A stretch of 64,000 nt of DNA from Octopus vulgaris (Eukaryota). The DNA lies in assembly GCA_951406725.2 (NCBI GenBank), contig OX597820.1:118544001-118608000 (forward strand), read 5' to 3'. A program made the translations under genes and the position numbers. The notes below the pieces were generated by a model. That model was not told the DNA's origin and made no database searches. It saw nothing but the letters and a program-made list of their open reading frames with translations. Below, one piece after another: positions 40,587-54,849 of this stretch. Every line of letters begins with the position of its first letter. Position 1 is the first letter of the stretch.

Positions 40587-41364
40587 AAGTAGCTTGCTAA
40601 CCAACCACATGGTTCTAGGTTCACTCCAACTGCGTGGCATCTTGGGCAAGTGTCTTCTGCTATAGCCCCGGGCCAACCAATGCCTTGTGAGTGGATTTGG
40701 TAGACGGAAACTGAAAGAAGCCTGTCGTATATATGTATATACATATGTGTGTGTATGTGTGTGTGTTTGTGTGTCTGTGTTTGTTCCCCTAGCATTGCTT
40801 GACAACCGATGCTGGTGTGTTTACGTCCCAGTTTCACAGCGGTTCGGCAAAAGAGACCGATAGAATAAGAGCTGGGCTTACAATGAATAAGTCCCGGGGT
40901 CGATTTGCTCGACTAAAGGCGGTGCTCCAGCATGGTCGCAGTCAAATGGCTGAAACAAGTAAAAGAGTAAAAGAGTAAACTAGAGAAAATAGACAGAAAC
41001 ATTACGAAAACAGATCGAATAAAATTAAAATATACGCCTTGAGAGAAATAGAAGAACAATGAAATAAATATATAGAAATATGAAGGCATCTACATATGCG
41101 TATACACGCACACAACCACCCACAGCCATTACACGCATATACAAACATATTCATACGTATGTTGACATACACATGTGTATATAAATTTATAACACTATAC
41201 ATAACACACACGCACACACACAAACACACAGACGCTAATATATGCTGATATATGCACACACACTCATATATAATACATATATATGGTACACGTAAACTCG
41301 TAAACATACATACATATATATGTATGATACATATTATAGTATATATATATATATATATATATTA

Positions 41365-41472
<108 letters not shown>

Positions 41473-41537
41473 TATAATCTATATATATATATTTATATAT
41501 ATATTATATATATAATATATATATTATATAAATGTAT

Positions 41538-41670
<133 letters not shown>

Positions 41671-42066
41671 TACATATATGAAAGCACTGTTGTACTTGTA
41701 TGCAAACGCACTGATTGGCAATGTAATATGTCGGAAAAGTAACACTAACAAGTGAATTTTTTTAAATATTTTTTTTTCATACGTAATTATTCGTTCACTT
41801 CAAAGGCGAATGGAAGTTTACCGAACAAAAATAGAGAGAAACCACTCGAGATTCGCGTCTGATTGTAAACAATGACGTAACCGTTTCGAAGGCCGTTTAT
41901 ATCATGGAACAAAGAATTTCTGTGTGAGACAGACTCTAACACAATTTGCGTTTGTATAAATAGCGAAAGCAGAGAATAGAATCCTTTGGAGAACCAAGTG
42001 GAGCGGCTCCCAAGCACGTGTGCGCGTGCATATGCTATGAATATACACCGACATATATACATACAT

Positions 42067-42275
42067 ACTCTTTACTCTTTATACTCTTTTACTTGTTTCA
42101 GTCATTTGACTGCGGCCATGCTGGAGCACCGCTTTTAGTCGAGCAAATCGACCCCAGGACTTATTCTTTGTAAGCCTAGTACTTATTCTATCGGTCTCTT
42201 TTGCCGAATCGCTAAGTTACGGGGACGTAAACACACCAGCATCGGTTGTCAGGCGATGTTGGGGGAACAAACGCA

Positions 42276-42361
<86 letters not shown>

Positions 42362-42520
42362 TACGACAGGCTTCTTTCAGTTTCCGTCTAACAAATCCAC
42401 TCACAAGGTTTTGGTCGCCCCGGGGCTATAGTAAAAGACAGTTGTCCAAGGTGCCACACAGTGGGACTGAACCCTGAACCATGTGGTTGGAAGCAAGCTA
42501 CTTACCACACAGCCACTCCT
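42067..42520 (-). mobile_element. SINE family 1
   Basis: Reverse complement of the 7772-type element. Confidence 0.9.
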
Positions 42521-44299
42521 AAACAAACAATCCCTACACACGTATCCATATAAACATACACTCGCACGCACGCACGCTTTTGTGTCTACGTATGTAAATT
42601 GTTATGAAAATATCACTTGTGTCTGAGTGAAGGAGTTTGTCTCAATGGTGCTTGGATTTCCTGGTGAAAGCTGTGTGACTCTGCTTCACAATTGATTGAC
42701 AGTCGAAAGTCGTGTGATTACACCTTGCTACTGATACCACCGAGGGAGAAACTCTGACCTCAGTGCTATTCCTGCACTGACCACCTCGTCACATTCTCTT
42801 TGTTGACCTCTCATAATATGGACAGTTTTTTTTCCATTGTAACCAAATGAATTTTCTCATCAGTTAAAACAGAGAGATCACAAAAATACATAGAAATTCA
42901 GAAAAATCTAGTTTAGATGGTTCCAACACATATTTTTATGCATTCAGTTGCTTATGATTATAATGAAATTTAAATAGATTTAATTATTGAAATTATTAAT
43001 GCCTTTTTTAGAGCAGCGTAAAATGTGGTATAAATGTACCATGGTATGTTGCCTTTCATCGTTCACAGGTCAATAAAATAAATACCAGTGACATACTGGT
43101 GCCATTTTTTTTATTGCTGATTGTTTGATAGATCATTTCTTACATTTGTCTGAGATTCTGCCAAAATTAGAAATCATCAATTCTTTCCAAGAAATGCAAA
43201 AATCGGTATATATGCCTGGCCAAAGTTCCTTCTGATTTTATGTCCACTATTTAAGTTCTGGGATTAAATATTGTTGAACTTGACATTGTTTTCCCTATTG
43301 TAGAATCGAGAAAATAAAGGAATGTTGTTTTTGTAGGTTAGTCATCGTCAGCGCCCCTCCAGAAGATCCATCATCTAGAGCGTTCCAAATTTGACCATCT
43401 CATCTTCTTTGTCTAGAGAGCTCAAGGCTATATTATACATTGTGTTCATTTATAAGACCGTGGTTGCTTTTGTGTGGTAAGCCAAGGGAAGATATAGAGG
43501 TTCCGTCGTTTTGATGTTAATAAGTCGGATCAGAAAGGCAAAACACATCTGCCCCTGTTTGGAATTCTTGTATCAAACCGGGTATCTATGCACCTAATGT
43601 ATCCATTTTTCAAGACGGTAGGGTGTGAGTTAAAGGGGATTTGGATACTGTTTCTAGAAGACCAAGTTTCCTTTTAACTAAATGTAGTGGAACACATTCA
43701 ATTAAGCGCGATCATATCAGTTGTCCAAATTTTTCTTCCATTTGGTAAAATTAAACTCATTATTAATGTTCCATCGAATCCCAGACATCAATAACAGTCA
43801 GACCGTTTCTTCAACTTACTTCGCAGTCGAATAAAAACTAGAATAAATAAAATTTATAGGTTTGTGAATTAATGTGTGAAATAAGGATTTGACAGCTGTA
43901 TCAACGGTTCTAAAGTTTAACAGCGAATCATTTCTCCAAATATATATATATTTTTTAAAATGCCAATCACGAAACATTGAAAATGAATTATGTTGTGTAC
44001 ATAAATGGTGCAGAAACAAATATATTATTATGAAGTAACAAACATTAAAATAAGACAAATATAAGCCATTGAAGTCACAAGTGCCATAATGTTAATGTGA
44101 CTCCCCGTACCCACAGCTGTGATTCTGATAACGTGCGTCAGTATTCCCCCCGTCTCAACATAATTCACTCCAATCTTCGATGACACTATTGCACTACTCA
44201 ATGTCGCACCGTTGACACGACGTGATGATGACTGACTGAAATCAAGTCTGTCAGAATAACATCCAATATTATCACCATGTCACCATAGTAACAAACGTA

Positions 44300-44625
44300 G
44301 CGAAATCACCGACCGACCGTGGAATTGACTATGCTACGCCAGACTTCAAGGTCCATCATAGCGTTACGGAGGACCTGTTGCTGGATGCCTGTATCCCTGG
44401 AGATTACATCAGGGTAGGAGAGTGTGCGCCCTCTGGTATCGCGAGCAGATGGCTTCCAGATGAGAAGAATAGAAATTACCTCGTTTTCAGCTCTACAACA
44501 ATGTCCAGCAAACTGGACTCTTCTACCATTCACAAGAGATGATACAGGTGGTAATTTCCCATATATTTGTACTTTGGTTGGATGACGCTTCCACGAGAGG
44601 TTTTGAGCCCTCATAAGCGAAATCA
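44300..44625 (-). pseudogene. RTE-clade LINE 3' fragment
   Basis: RAQNLSWKRHPTKVQIYGKLPPVSSLVNGRRVQFAGHCCRAENEVISILLIWKP...NAMMDLEVWRSIV. Confidence 0.8.
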
Positions 44626-44919
44626 CAGATACCTCTATGGTAACAGCACTCGAATTTAATGCCTGAAGGGAATGATATAACACCATTCAGCATTTTATTC
44701 CATTCTAAAATATTATCTGTGCTTATAACGGTCCGACAGTTAAATCCACATTATACCATCTTGCTCACGTGTCCGAAGGGGAAAGGAATTGGTAAAGCAG
44801 CATCAGAGCCTTCAGCAACGAAATATTCATGAGATGTTACTTTTAATGTCCAATATTTCATAAAACACAATTACAGCCCTTGTATTGAAATTTACTTCTG
44901 CGAATATTGGCTTTAAATT

Positions 44920-45333
44920 TTGGCATTTGTCTTATGAAGAAAGGCTGAAGACGCTCGACCGTTATTCTCTAGAAAAACGACGACGCCTTGGTGATCTCAT
45001 TCTTGCTCACAACATCATAAGCGGAAAGTGTAACCTCTCGAAAGAGCTGTTCTTCACTCCTGCTCCAGAGCATCGGCTGCGGGGTCACTCTGAAAAGCTC
45101 TATCTGCGACGATTTCATCTCAATCGAAGGAGAGGGGCTTTCTCCGTCCAGGTTGCTGATCCGTGGAATAAGCTGCCGGACGAGATAGTGAAGATGCCGA
45201 TGACCGCTCGGTTCAAAGTCTCTCTTGACCAGAAATGGCCTGAACTCTATGCATGAACACCACCCTGTACATAACTCCATGTCCCCCTACATGGCCTTGC
45301 TTTTTGCTTTTTGAGCCAAAAAATTAACTTAAA
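44920..45333 (+). pseudogene. CR1-clade LINE 3' end with 3' UTR
   Basis: LSYEERLKTLDRYSLEKRRRLGDLILAHNII...LRGHSEKL...RRGAFSVQVADPWNKLP. Confidence 0.9.
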
Positions 45334-45334
45334 T

Positions 45335-45512
45335 ACGGGGGGAAGAGATTAAGTCGATTTCATCAACCCCAGGGTTCAACTGGTCCTTATTTTATCGACC
45401 CCTGAAAGGAGGAAAGGAAACGTCGATCTTGGAGAGAATTTGAAATTTATACGTAAAGACGGACGAAATGCCGCTAAGCATTTTAGTCGGTGTGCTAACG
45501 ATTCTACCAACT
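45335..45512 (-). mobile_element. Diverged family 2 SINE
   Basis: ttatcgacccctgaaagg...gacggacgaaatgccgctaagcattt. Confidence 0.75.
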
Positions 45513-46002
45513 TGGTGTCGAACTTCGACACCAAGTTGGCTGGGAACCATATGTTCCATTTTAGAATAGTAATTTACAAGTGACGACATCTCTTCCTCTT
45601 TCTTTGTCCTTCACCATTTCTCCCCACCCCACCGCTCTCTCTCTTCTCTCTTTCTATTTCTTTCTTATGCAAGAATTCCAATACTCGGTGCACACTTCTG
45701 CCACCATCAGCTGCACCTGCTGAAGAAGAATCACCTCACAGACTGTTTACATCGTTTCCGACAATTTTTACAATGAATTCATTATAAAACATTATTTACT
45801 AAATCATAACACACATTAGTAATAGAATTACTATCACCGGTTCTTTTCTCTTTCTGTGTTTTTTCTCATGTTTTGCTGAATTTAATATTAATTCTCTCTG
45901 TTTTGTTGCAGCGAACTTATTGCGTCCTGTTTTTTTTTTTTTGTATTAACTTCATTATTACTTTCCATTGACGATAATTTCTTTGGTTAGATGTTATGGA
46001 TA

Positions 46003-46037
<35 letters not shown>

Positions 46038-46072
46038 TATATACATATATGTGGTGTTTAATGTGTATGTGC

Positions 46073-46142
<70 letters not shown>

Positions 46143-46159
46143 CTATCTGTCTATCTATA

Positions 46160-46200
<41 letters not shown>

Positions 46201-46203
46201 GTT

Positions 46204-46244
<41 letters not shown>

Positions 46245-46291
46245 GCACATATATATATGTATGCATATATGTAGCGGATTATGTGTCTGTT

Positions 46292-46343
<52 letters not shown>

Positions 46344-46344
46344 C

Positions 46345-46404
<60 letters not shown>

Positions 46405-47321
46405 TCGTATGTCTCAGTAAACAGAGCTGTTTATTTATTATTTACTTCCTGACGTCTAACTTTTTAAATCAAATCATTATTAATAATGAAAGATTCATTT
46501 ATGTGCATAAATGTTTATTTAATTTACTTTATTATATTTCAAACTTTCTTATTATTAGTTATTCGATTTATTTAAGAAATATTTAAGAAATATATTTAGC
46601 ATAGAGTGTTTGCTTTTGCATTTTTGATAAAAGATGCATTTTTCTTATTTAAAATAAGCGTTGCTTATTATTACTTTCCTTTTATAATGGTAATTTTATT
46701 AAAACTTGTTTGGAGCTTTGTTTGTTTTGTTGATCCATTATCCTGACGTACCATTTAGAAATATTTTCATTAAATCTCCTGTTTGAAAGCAAACTTCAGC
46801 CAATTCTAGGAAGACTTCATTTAATTTCATTTGAGAGTTTTTCTAGTGTTCGATGTGATGAAAGAATAAATATTTTCCTTAACTACTATTTTCTCCAATT
46901 TTATATGTTCTCATATTTATATAACTCTATTAACTCGATCGAAAATTCATTCGAAAAAGAAAAAGCATTTGTATTTTTACCAAACTTTTCGTTCTGCAGA
47001 CTACATATCACCTATACTGCTTTGTTTTCGAAATTGTAATTCTTATTCTACTAAATATTTATCCATCTTCGGAATCCTATCTATAAGATGCATTATTTAC
47101 AATTTTTGAAATGTTTCAGACACAGACACAAACACACACACGCATACACACACACACTTATATAACTAGCTTCATCTTGATCTATCTACCTAGCCATCTA
47201 CCAATCTGTCTGTTTAACTATTAATTTATCTATATGTATGCGTGTGTGCTTGCGCATGCGCGTATGTGCTTGTGCATGCGCGTGTGTGCACCTATGCATG
47301 TATGTGCGTGTATGATTATTT

Positions 47322-47545
47322 CTTATTTCTTTATTGCCCACAAGGGGCTAAACACAGAGGGGACAAACAAAGACAGACAAACGGATTAAGTCCATTATAT
47401 CGACCCCAGTGTGTAGCTGGTACTTAATTTATCGACCCCAAAAGGATGAAAGGTAAAGTCGACCTCGGCGGAATTTGAACTCAGAACGTAACGACAGACG
47501 AAATACGGATATGCATTTCGCCCGGCATGCTAACGTTTCTGCCAA
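47322..47545 (-). mobile_element. Family 2 SINE
   Basis: Reverse complement of the 10393-type element. Confidence 0.88.
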
Positions 47546-47895
47546 TTGTTGGTTATTTTGGATTTCACTAACCCTCAAAATCTCACATCAAGTTAAAATC
47601 AGAGCAGATAAATGTCTTTAAACATCAAGAACTGCAGCCGATGCGACGTAAAGGATAATAATCACGAGGAGCGTGTCACCATTACATCACCGAATGGTGA
47701 TTGCTTATGAATAAATGTAGATAAATGAATTATATAAACAACTAAGAGCACAGTGAAAACAAAATATTTTGGAAATTAGGGAATGTCATCAAGTGCAAAG
47801 CGAATAAAAATTTCACCAACCCTGATTTCTGACTTCATGTTAGATGTTTAATGCCTACGGGAAGTGGTGTCATACGACGGTGACGTATGAACTAA

Positions 47896-48298
47896 TCTCT
47901 AATATAAATTGGACGTGGGCGATCGTTGTATTCTTTCTTGTCTTGAGGTTCACAGCCAAACGGCTGGGTGGATTCGCATAAAATGTGGCACACATATGGA
48001 GACAGGTGTATAGATTGGAATGCAGTTTGTATTGTTTTCCTAACCCCCATACTTACCGAGAAAATTGATTAAAACTGTTTCTAATGGAATTTCCCTCTGT
48101 CATTAAAACAGCCAGTTGCTTAGAAGCTGCTTTCTGACGGGGTGGGGTCAGGAAATTTTCACATAGCCGGAGGCTCCAATTGAAACAGGGGACCCGAAAT
48201 GATAAGGTTAACAAACGCTGTTATAGATTATGACTAACCGAAAACGATCACAGCAACATCATCCAAACAGACCGGGTGAAACCGGGCTTAGCTGCTAG
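47896..48298 (+). mobile_element. Non-autonomous Helitron, second family
   Basis: A|TC start; hairpin ccgggtgaaaccgg; ctgCTAG|T end. Confidence 0.75.
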
Positions 48299-49018
48299 TT
48301 ATCTATAAACACGAACTGCGAGTACAAGGTGAGGAAATTTTAGTGCAAGAAATTAATAGAACTTAAAAGCACCAATCTTAATTTTGTACTAAAGCCACAA
48401 GCAGTATATTACAGTATAAAAGAAGTCTTAAAGATCTCACCTGTGAGTTTATTGAATGTCATTTTGGATTGGATCTTGAATGAAATAGCGTTAAATGAGA
48501 CAGTGAGTGGGGACTGTACAATCGTCTGCCACAAGATATTATATCGCCAGTTAAACTCTCCAGATCGTTATGACAAAATTACCGATTTCAAAAATCACCT
48601 ATCAATCGTTAACTGATCTAATAATCCCGCGAAGAATACGATTCTCGAAAGGGTCCGTAAGGGATTCCTCCTAAAAACTCATCTATTTAATGAAGTCCTC
48701 CGTGCCACAAAGGCAATGTGTTAAGCCTGGATGTCTGTGGGAACTCCTATATATTAGCGACCATTTTCTCATAGCAGAATTTGTAGCAGAATTCGAGAAG
48801 AATTAAATTGTAGAAAATTTGAAGAGCTTTAGAGTAAAAAGCAACCAAGACAAAACATACTTAATAAGAAGGAAGCAGGGTGCCTGCTGCAACCAAGGGA
48901 TAGACAGTGCTCGGAATATAGATAAGAAGGCTATAGAATTACTATAGAATGTGCCCAGTTTAAGGAGGTACAGTCAAGTGACGTATTTGTAATACGCGAC
49001 AGGCAAAACTAGAGCTAG

Positions 49019-49095
49019 CTTTATTTACATTATTTACATTTGACGGATATTTGTCCTCATCTTGTTTGTTGTTAACACATAGTTTCGGCTGATAG
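49019..49095 (-). mobile_element. Probable inverted partial pLTR of the Penelope element, carrying the 3' half of an HHR
   Basis: Minus strand tatcagccGAAACtatgtgtt directly abuts the 5'-truncated ORF; inverted pLTR pieces are typical of Penelope 5' ends. Confidence 0.45.
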
Positions 49096-50882
49096 ATATA
49101 AAGAAAGGTCTCAACTTTGCGACAACCATCAAGCGCATTCCATACTTGGACATATTAGCCCCTATTGACGAGATAGCTGTAAAGATACCAAAAGCTCAGG
49201 GAGATGAACTAAGGTGGAAAGTGAGGCAGGAACTAGAAAAAGCGAAACTTCGAAAAGAACCAAACATCACTGAGGAAGAAAAGTTCGCTATCAAAAGACT
49301 ACAGAGTGACAATTCCATCATAATTCTTCCGGCGGATAAGAGAAATGCTACAGTGGGGATGAACAAGTCTGTCTACTCGGAAAAATTGGCAAGTCTTATA
49401 AGTGATGGCAGCTACAGCAAAGAAAAGAAAGACCCAACTCTGAAAACAGACAAGAAGTTGTCAGAGATCTTGATTAAGAACAAGGATCACTTTACATCAA
49501 TGAAGTACAGACAACTGACTCAACCCTACCACACACGTACGGTCTCCCTAAGATTCACAAGGATGGTATTCCTTTAAGACCAATAGTGACCTGAAGAGGT
49601 TCAGCATGGCATCCACTGAGACGCTTCCTTGTGGATACAATCAATCCTTTAGCAGGAAAGTCAGCCTCGTTCGTGAAGAATTCCATTCACTTCACAGAAT
49701 TAGTCAAGGATGCCTCAATTGGATCCAACCAGATGGTAAGTCTAGATGTGATAAGTCTGTTCACCAAAATCCCAACTGGTGAAGCACTATCGGTGATTCA
49801 AGAGAAACTAGTGACATACGCCCATCTAAAAGAACGCACTAGTAAACCAATAAGAAACTTAATGGAAATGTTGACCTTCTGTGTAGAAACTACCTACTTC
49901 AGTATGGACACTGATATATATCGACAAGAAGAGGGATTAGCTATGGGTTCGCCATTATCACCGACAATATCCAATATATACGTGGAATACTTTGAGAATT
50001 TGGCTTTAGGGTCAACACCACTAAAACTAAGCCAATGGCTGCGATATGTTGATGACACATTCATATTCTGGCCCCACCCCGAAGATGTCCAAGTGCTGAT
50101 AGATCATGTGAACTCAATAAAGCCATCCATAAAATTCACAATGGAAAAGGAAAAAAAGACAATCAGCTAGCATTCCTGGACGTATTAAAACATGCACCAA
50201 GAATGGATTCAGGACACTCGTATACCGTAAGCCAACCTTTACTGGACGATGCCGCAACTTCAATTCCCACCATCCATACTGTGTAAAGAGAGGGATTGCT
50301 CAGTGTCTAAAACATCGTGCAAAGAATATAAGTAGCGATCGTGAAACACACCACGCAGAAATCATCAAGCTCAGTAACGTTCTATTAAGCAACAACTACC
50401 CCCTAAAAACATACTATCCACTCTAATTATGAAGAAAAGAGAGGATGAAAGCAATAAACTGTCCACAGTCTGCCTACCCTATGTGAAAGGCCTCTTCGAA
50501 AAGATAAAAAAGATATGCGGCCCATATGACATCAGGACATTATTCAAGAGTAATACAACACTTCGCAAATATCTCCTTTCAGTAAAACCACCAATAGAAG
50601 AGAATATGACCAAAAACTGCATGTACTCCATCCCATGCAGCTGTGGTAGGTTATACAAAGGCGAAACATGCTGCCCCCTCAAAATAAGGGTAGACGAACA
50701 TCGCAAAGCTGTGACAGGGGGAGATATTGATAAATCGGGTATAGCTGATCCTATATGGAAAAAAAATGGAGAGCACCTCCCCTGTGGGATGAAATCAAAA
50801 TAATAGACAGAGAACACCACTGGAAAATACGAAACTAAAAGAAGCAGCACATATGCTAGGACACAGCAACCTCCTAAGCAGA
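49096..50882 (+). pseudogene. Decayed Penelope-like element (Penelope/Poseidon type): RT + GIY-YIG endonuclease
   Basis: KGLNF, ILPADK, PLRPIV, SLDVISLFTKIP, YRQEEGLAMGSPLSP, RYVDD, FLDV, YRKPT, NSHHP, then NCMYSIPCSCGRLYKGET...RVDEH; several frameshifts and stops. Confidence 0.93.
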
Positions 50883-51592
50883 TATGAATGGTAAGACGAA
50901 ATGGTAAGACTAATGAGACTAGAGTGCTGCAAGCGAGTTACCTCCCTTTAGTCTTAGCAACTCTTTTAAGCTAGTTTCTCTTTAAAGCAGTTGGTCATAG
51001 GGGTCAGCACCGTAGAAATCCTGTCAATAGTCAGTTCACGCGACCTGTCGAACGGTCCAATCCTTGTCGGCAAGGAAAGCGGGCCTAAATGAATGAGGAA
51101 AATGACACACGCACACACACGCTTGCACACACGCATTCCGTACGTCCACGAGCGTTTCTTCTATTTCTCCCCCCCCCCTTGTGTGCTTTAGTTACAATTT
51201 GAGATGAGTTCTTTTTAACCTCATTACTATTTACTCTTGGAATTTATATGTAACTTAATATATTCCTTCATCAAAATTCTTTCACACCATCCTATTTTAT
51301 AATATGATGGCTCATTGTACAATGAAGGCCCCAATATAGAATTAGTGAATAACAGCACCCTCTGCTGGGAAAACAGTGACTGGATCTGATCTGAGGTCGC
51401 AAATGACTAATACAATGGGATTGCTATGGTCAAGATGTGTGATATAATAAAGACCAGAAGTTATCCTGCTTCCTAACCAACCACTGCACCATTCAGTTTG
51501 TGAGTAGATATACTCAGCCGTCAGCCCATATTTGATCGGGCGTTTGCTCAATCGTTGGAATCCGCCTCACTTTTCAATTGTCTCGTTGCAAA

Positions 51593-52000
51593 TCTTTATA
51601 TATAAAAGTGAGGTTGTGTGCCGTCTGTCTCCTACGATTTAGATTCCTAACTACTCCCACATTTTGCGGTGCAGTTTAACCAAAACCGGGTATCTTATAG
51701 TCGTGATTCATATCGAGCCCTTCTGTGAAATATTCTGTATGCGCGCGTCTACGATGAGTCTACGATTTAAAAAAAAATTTACCACAATTTTTTTTCATTT
51801 TAATGCATTTTGTCGCTATTATATAAGGGAAGTAACTCTCTAAAAATGTCTACGATGAGTCAACGATTTAAAAAAAATTTACCATAATTTTTTTTTCCAT
51901 TTTTAATGCATTTTTTGCTATTTTTTGGCTATAACTCTCTAAAAATGCTTATATAGTTATTTCCCTTACAAACCCGAGCAACGCCGGGCGATACTGCTAG
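51593..52000 (+). mobile_element. Non-autonomous Helitron
   Basis: A|TC...hairpin...CTAG|T; near-identical to 11549-11940. Confidence 0.92.
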
Positions 52001-53149
52001 TAAATTCTAAAATTACTCTAAAGGCCTGTAATGAAGTGTTACAAAAATATACGTAAATTATTAAATTTTTCCTTGTGTAGTCACACTTTTACGATTCCAT
52101 AACTGAAGCGAATGGTATAAATAATGTATGTTTATATTTCAAATACACGTGCGCTACAAAGGAATATCGGAAAAAGAAATCAATTCTCGGAGAGCTCACC
52201 AGCTTACGGGAGATTGTAAATAATGATTTGTTAAACACAGAAATAGTTAATAGGGAAGCAAAACGTGTTAAAATTTTGATCCTACCTTTTAGAAGTGGAG
52301 TGAACATCAATTTCCTCTGACTATCTATAGAATGAAAAAAAAAATCTTGCAGGAAAGCTTGCGAATCAATGAAAGTATATTACCTAGATCAATTTTATCG
52401 ATTTTAGAATACTGAAAGACAATGTAGATATCTACGGCAAGCAGAAGAACACGTACATATACACACATGGAGATCGATATTTATTGGAGAAGAAACGATA
52501 AAAAAAACCCTGCAAAAATACAAATGTTTTCTCATGCAGTCATATATACACTATCCGTTATAAACAGACGCTAAAACCACGAACGTAGATATACACGCGT
52601 GTACACGCCTGATTTAGTCAATAAATATCACACACCAACTGCAATTATGCAACAACAACATAGTACTACGATTAAATTCTTTAGTCACACACAAAGCAAT
52701 AGAAAGTTCATTAAATGTTACATTATTGACAAAATTAATGAAAGTTAGCGCTGATAAAAGGTGAAAAGCTTTGATAAGTCAAGCGTGAAAAATACCGAAC
52801 AAATTTACGTGGAAAGAAGAAACGGTTGGAACGATGAGAACGAAAGAAACATATAACAAAAATATTGCGATAAATTTAACATAAAATAGATGAAAAGAAA
52901 ATGAAGAAGGAGGAAAGAGCTTAATTAGAATTAATAGTGTTATTTTGTAATAATAATGTATAGTTTAATTGCAATTAGTAGGTCTTCCTCAACGACTAGC
53001 ACAAACATGGCCACGTCTAATAAAATCTGACATCAGTGATGTCGAAAAAAAGTCAACAGCGCAACGTCAAGGAAAATCATCACTTCGCTCGTCATACCAT
53101 TAACACCACAACCTGTTACTATCTTCATAGAAGCTAATGAGAAAGCTTC

Positions 53150-53710
53150 TTTGCAGTCATTTGATGTGTCAGAAATAACAGCCAATTATTCCTCAAATCA
53201 CACCCTGCCATCTTGGAAATGGCGACGTTCGATAATGTGGCCTTGCGCTGGCTTCGTGTATATGGGAACAAAATAGGATAATGACAGGTTCAATCATTAA
53301 ATAATTGCAACATCATCAACAATAACAACAAGAACAACCAATGGCGTCTCTACGACACAGCACTCGCTGAATATGCTAGACATAACAGCCAAATCTACCT
53401 TAAAATCATCCTATTAATTTAAATAAGGAATCTGCTCTCTACACAATGTATCCCAAGATAACCATAAAGCAAAGAATGTCCAGAGGTCTCCAACAAGGCC
53501 AATCTGTTTAGGTGTGTCTCGTACGTTTTTCCATCAAAACGCACCAGTGGTAAATGAAGTAACTCCTTCATGATCACTCGACATTCTAGAAACAGCAGCT
53601 ACATCCTCATCCAATCAACTCATGTTTCACAAGAATAAGTAATATACATTAGGTAATCTATTCTCCCTCGACAAATTATCTAGGACAAGATGGTCACGGC
53701 TGGGAAATAT
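53150..53710 (+). repeat. Highly degenerate ~209-bp trimer of an old dispersed repeat
   Basis: Motif agaaataacagccaa at 53171, 53378 and 53588; related inverted copy at ~43590-43665. Confidence 0.55.
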
Positions 53711-54166
53711 CGAAGTAGTGATGTACGTAAGCTATTATAGTTACAGAACAGCAACAGAAACCACTACAGAAATGTCACAATCAACATCAAAATTTTAACG
53801 AAAATCTTCATTAAGACCGACCAGGAAAACCTATATGGGGGACGCAAGATACGAGAATTACAAATATATCTCTTATAATAAGGACACAATGGATAGATTT
53901 TACTATAAACACATATACATGTCCTTACCTTCGGAACACGCATGGAGTCGAACTAGGGACAGCTGATGAAGGCGAATTTTCCTTGTGTTGTTTGTCTTGT
54001 ACTCTGTTTTCTCGTTGTTAAAAAAGGTCCGTTTCCATGTTTGTTTTTACGTTTTCGTTTCTCGTTGAGTTCTACGTCTATTTGTGGTGTCCTGTACTCA
54101 CGTATATATATGTATGTATGCATATATTTTATTTATTAAATAAATATATATATATATGTATATCTT

Positions 54167-54228
<62 letters not shown>

Positions 54229-54296
54229 ATGTGTGTGTATGTGTGTATGTGTGTGAGTGTGTGTATGTGTTTGTCTATATATATATATATATGTAG

Positions 54297-54424
54297 TTGA
54301 ATTTTATAGAAAAACATAAGACGAAGACAGGGGAAATGAAAAAGTCTTTTACGTTTTGAGGAAAGAAACAGAGAGAGAGAGAGAGAGAGGGGGGAGAGAA
54401 AGAGAGAGAGAGAGGGGGAGAGAA

Positions 54425-54458
<34 letters not shown>

Positions 54459-54515
54459 CGAGAGAGAATGAAAAAAAAGCCTTGTAGATTTCAGCAGTGT
54501 AGCATGGCGAATGTT
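54297..54515 (-). mobile_element. Degenerate family C element with most of the HHR deleted
   Basis: gacgaagacagg...gaaaaagtcttttacgttttgag...catggcga matches the reverse complement of 20140-20395. Confidence 0.55.
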
Positions 54516-54532
54516 ACATATCGAAGTATGTA

Positions 54533-54772
54533 AAAGGAGAGAAGATAGAGGGCTTCCGACAATGCAATAAGTTTAATAAAACCTATATATTTCAGGTACA
54601 AATGCCTATCTTCAGAAGAAAAGGGCAGTCTAAGAAAAATCCAGTTATTTAGGATCCGTTAACCTATCCAATGGACAGGGATTGCACCGTTCGACACGTT
54701 CCTTTGTGCCTGAAATATAAAAGTTTTATTAAACTTACTGCATTATCAGAAGCTGTCTCTTTTCTCTCTTTT
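54533..54772. mobile_element. Family D inverted-repeat element with a degenerate HHR
   Basis: Imperfect inverted arms 54533-54602 and 54703-54772. Confidence 0.6.
54582..54618 (-). ncRNA. Degenerate minimal hammerhead motif
   Basis: CTT-CTGAAGA-T-AGGCATTTGTACCT-GAAA-TAT-A|TAGG; the other arm (tgtgcctgaaatataaaag) restores stem II AGGCA/TGCCT. Confidence 0.5.
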
Positions 54773-54849
54773 TACATTCTTAGATATTACAATGCTGCAA
54801 GCGAACTACAACGCTCTTATTATATGTTTGTGCGTGTGTCTTTTATCTT

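Larger units (their letters stand above)
38471..40978 (+). mobile_element. SINE family 1 split by a 2.1-kb insertion
   Basis: Head 38471-38509; remainder 40587-40978. Confidence 0.85.

Noticed and set aside
45600-45790. Polypyrimidine tract + AG followed by a short open frame (possible exon)
   Set aside because: No recognisable protein or partner exon; pyrimidine tracts are ubiquitous here
53925-53985. CTGATGAAGG as a hammerhead core
   Set aside because: No downstream GAAA after a stem II, and the type II arrangement lacks stem I pairing
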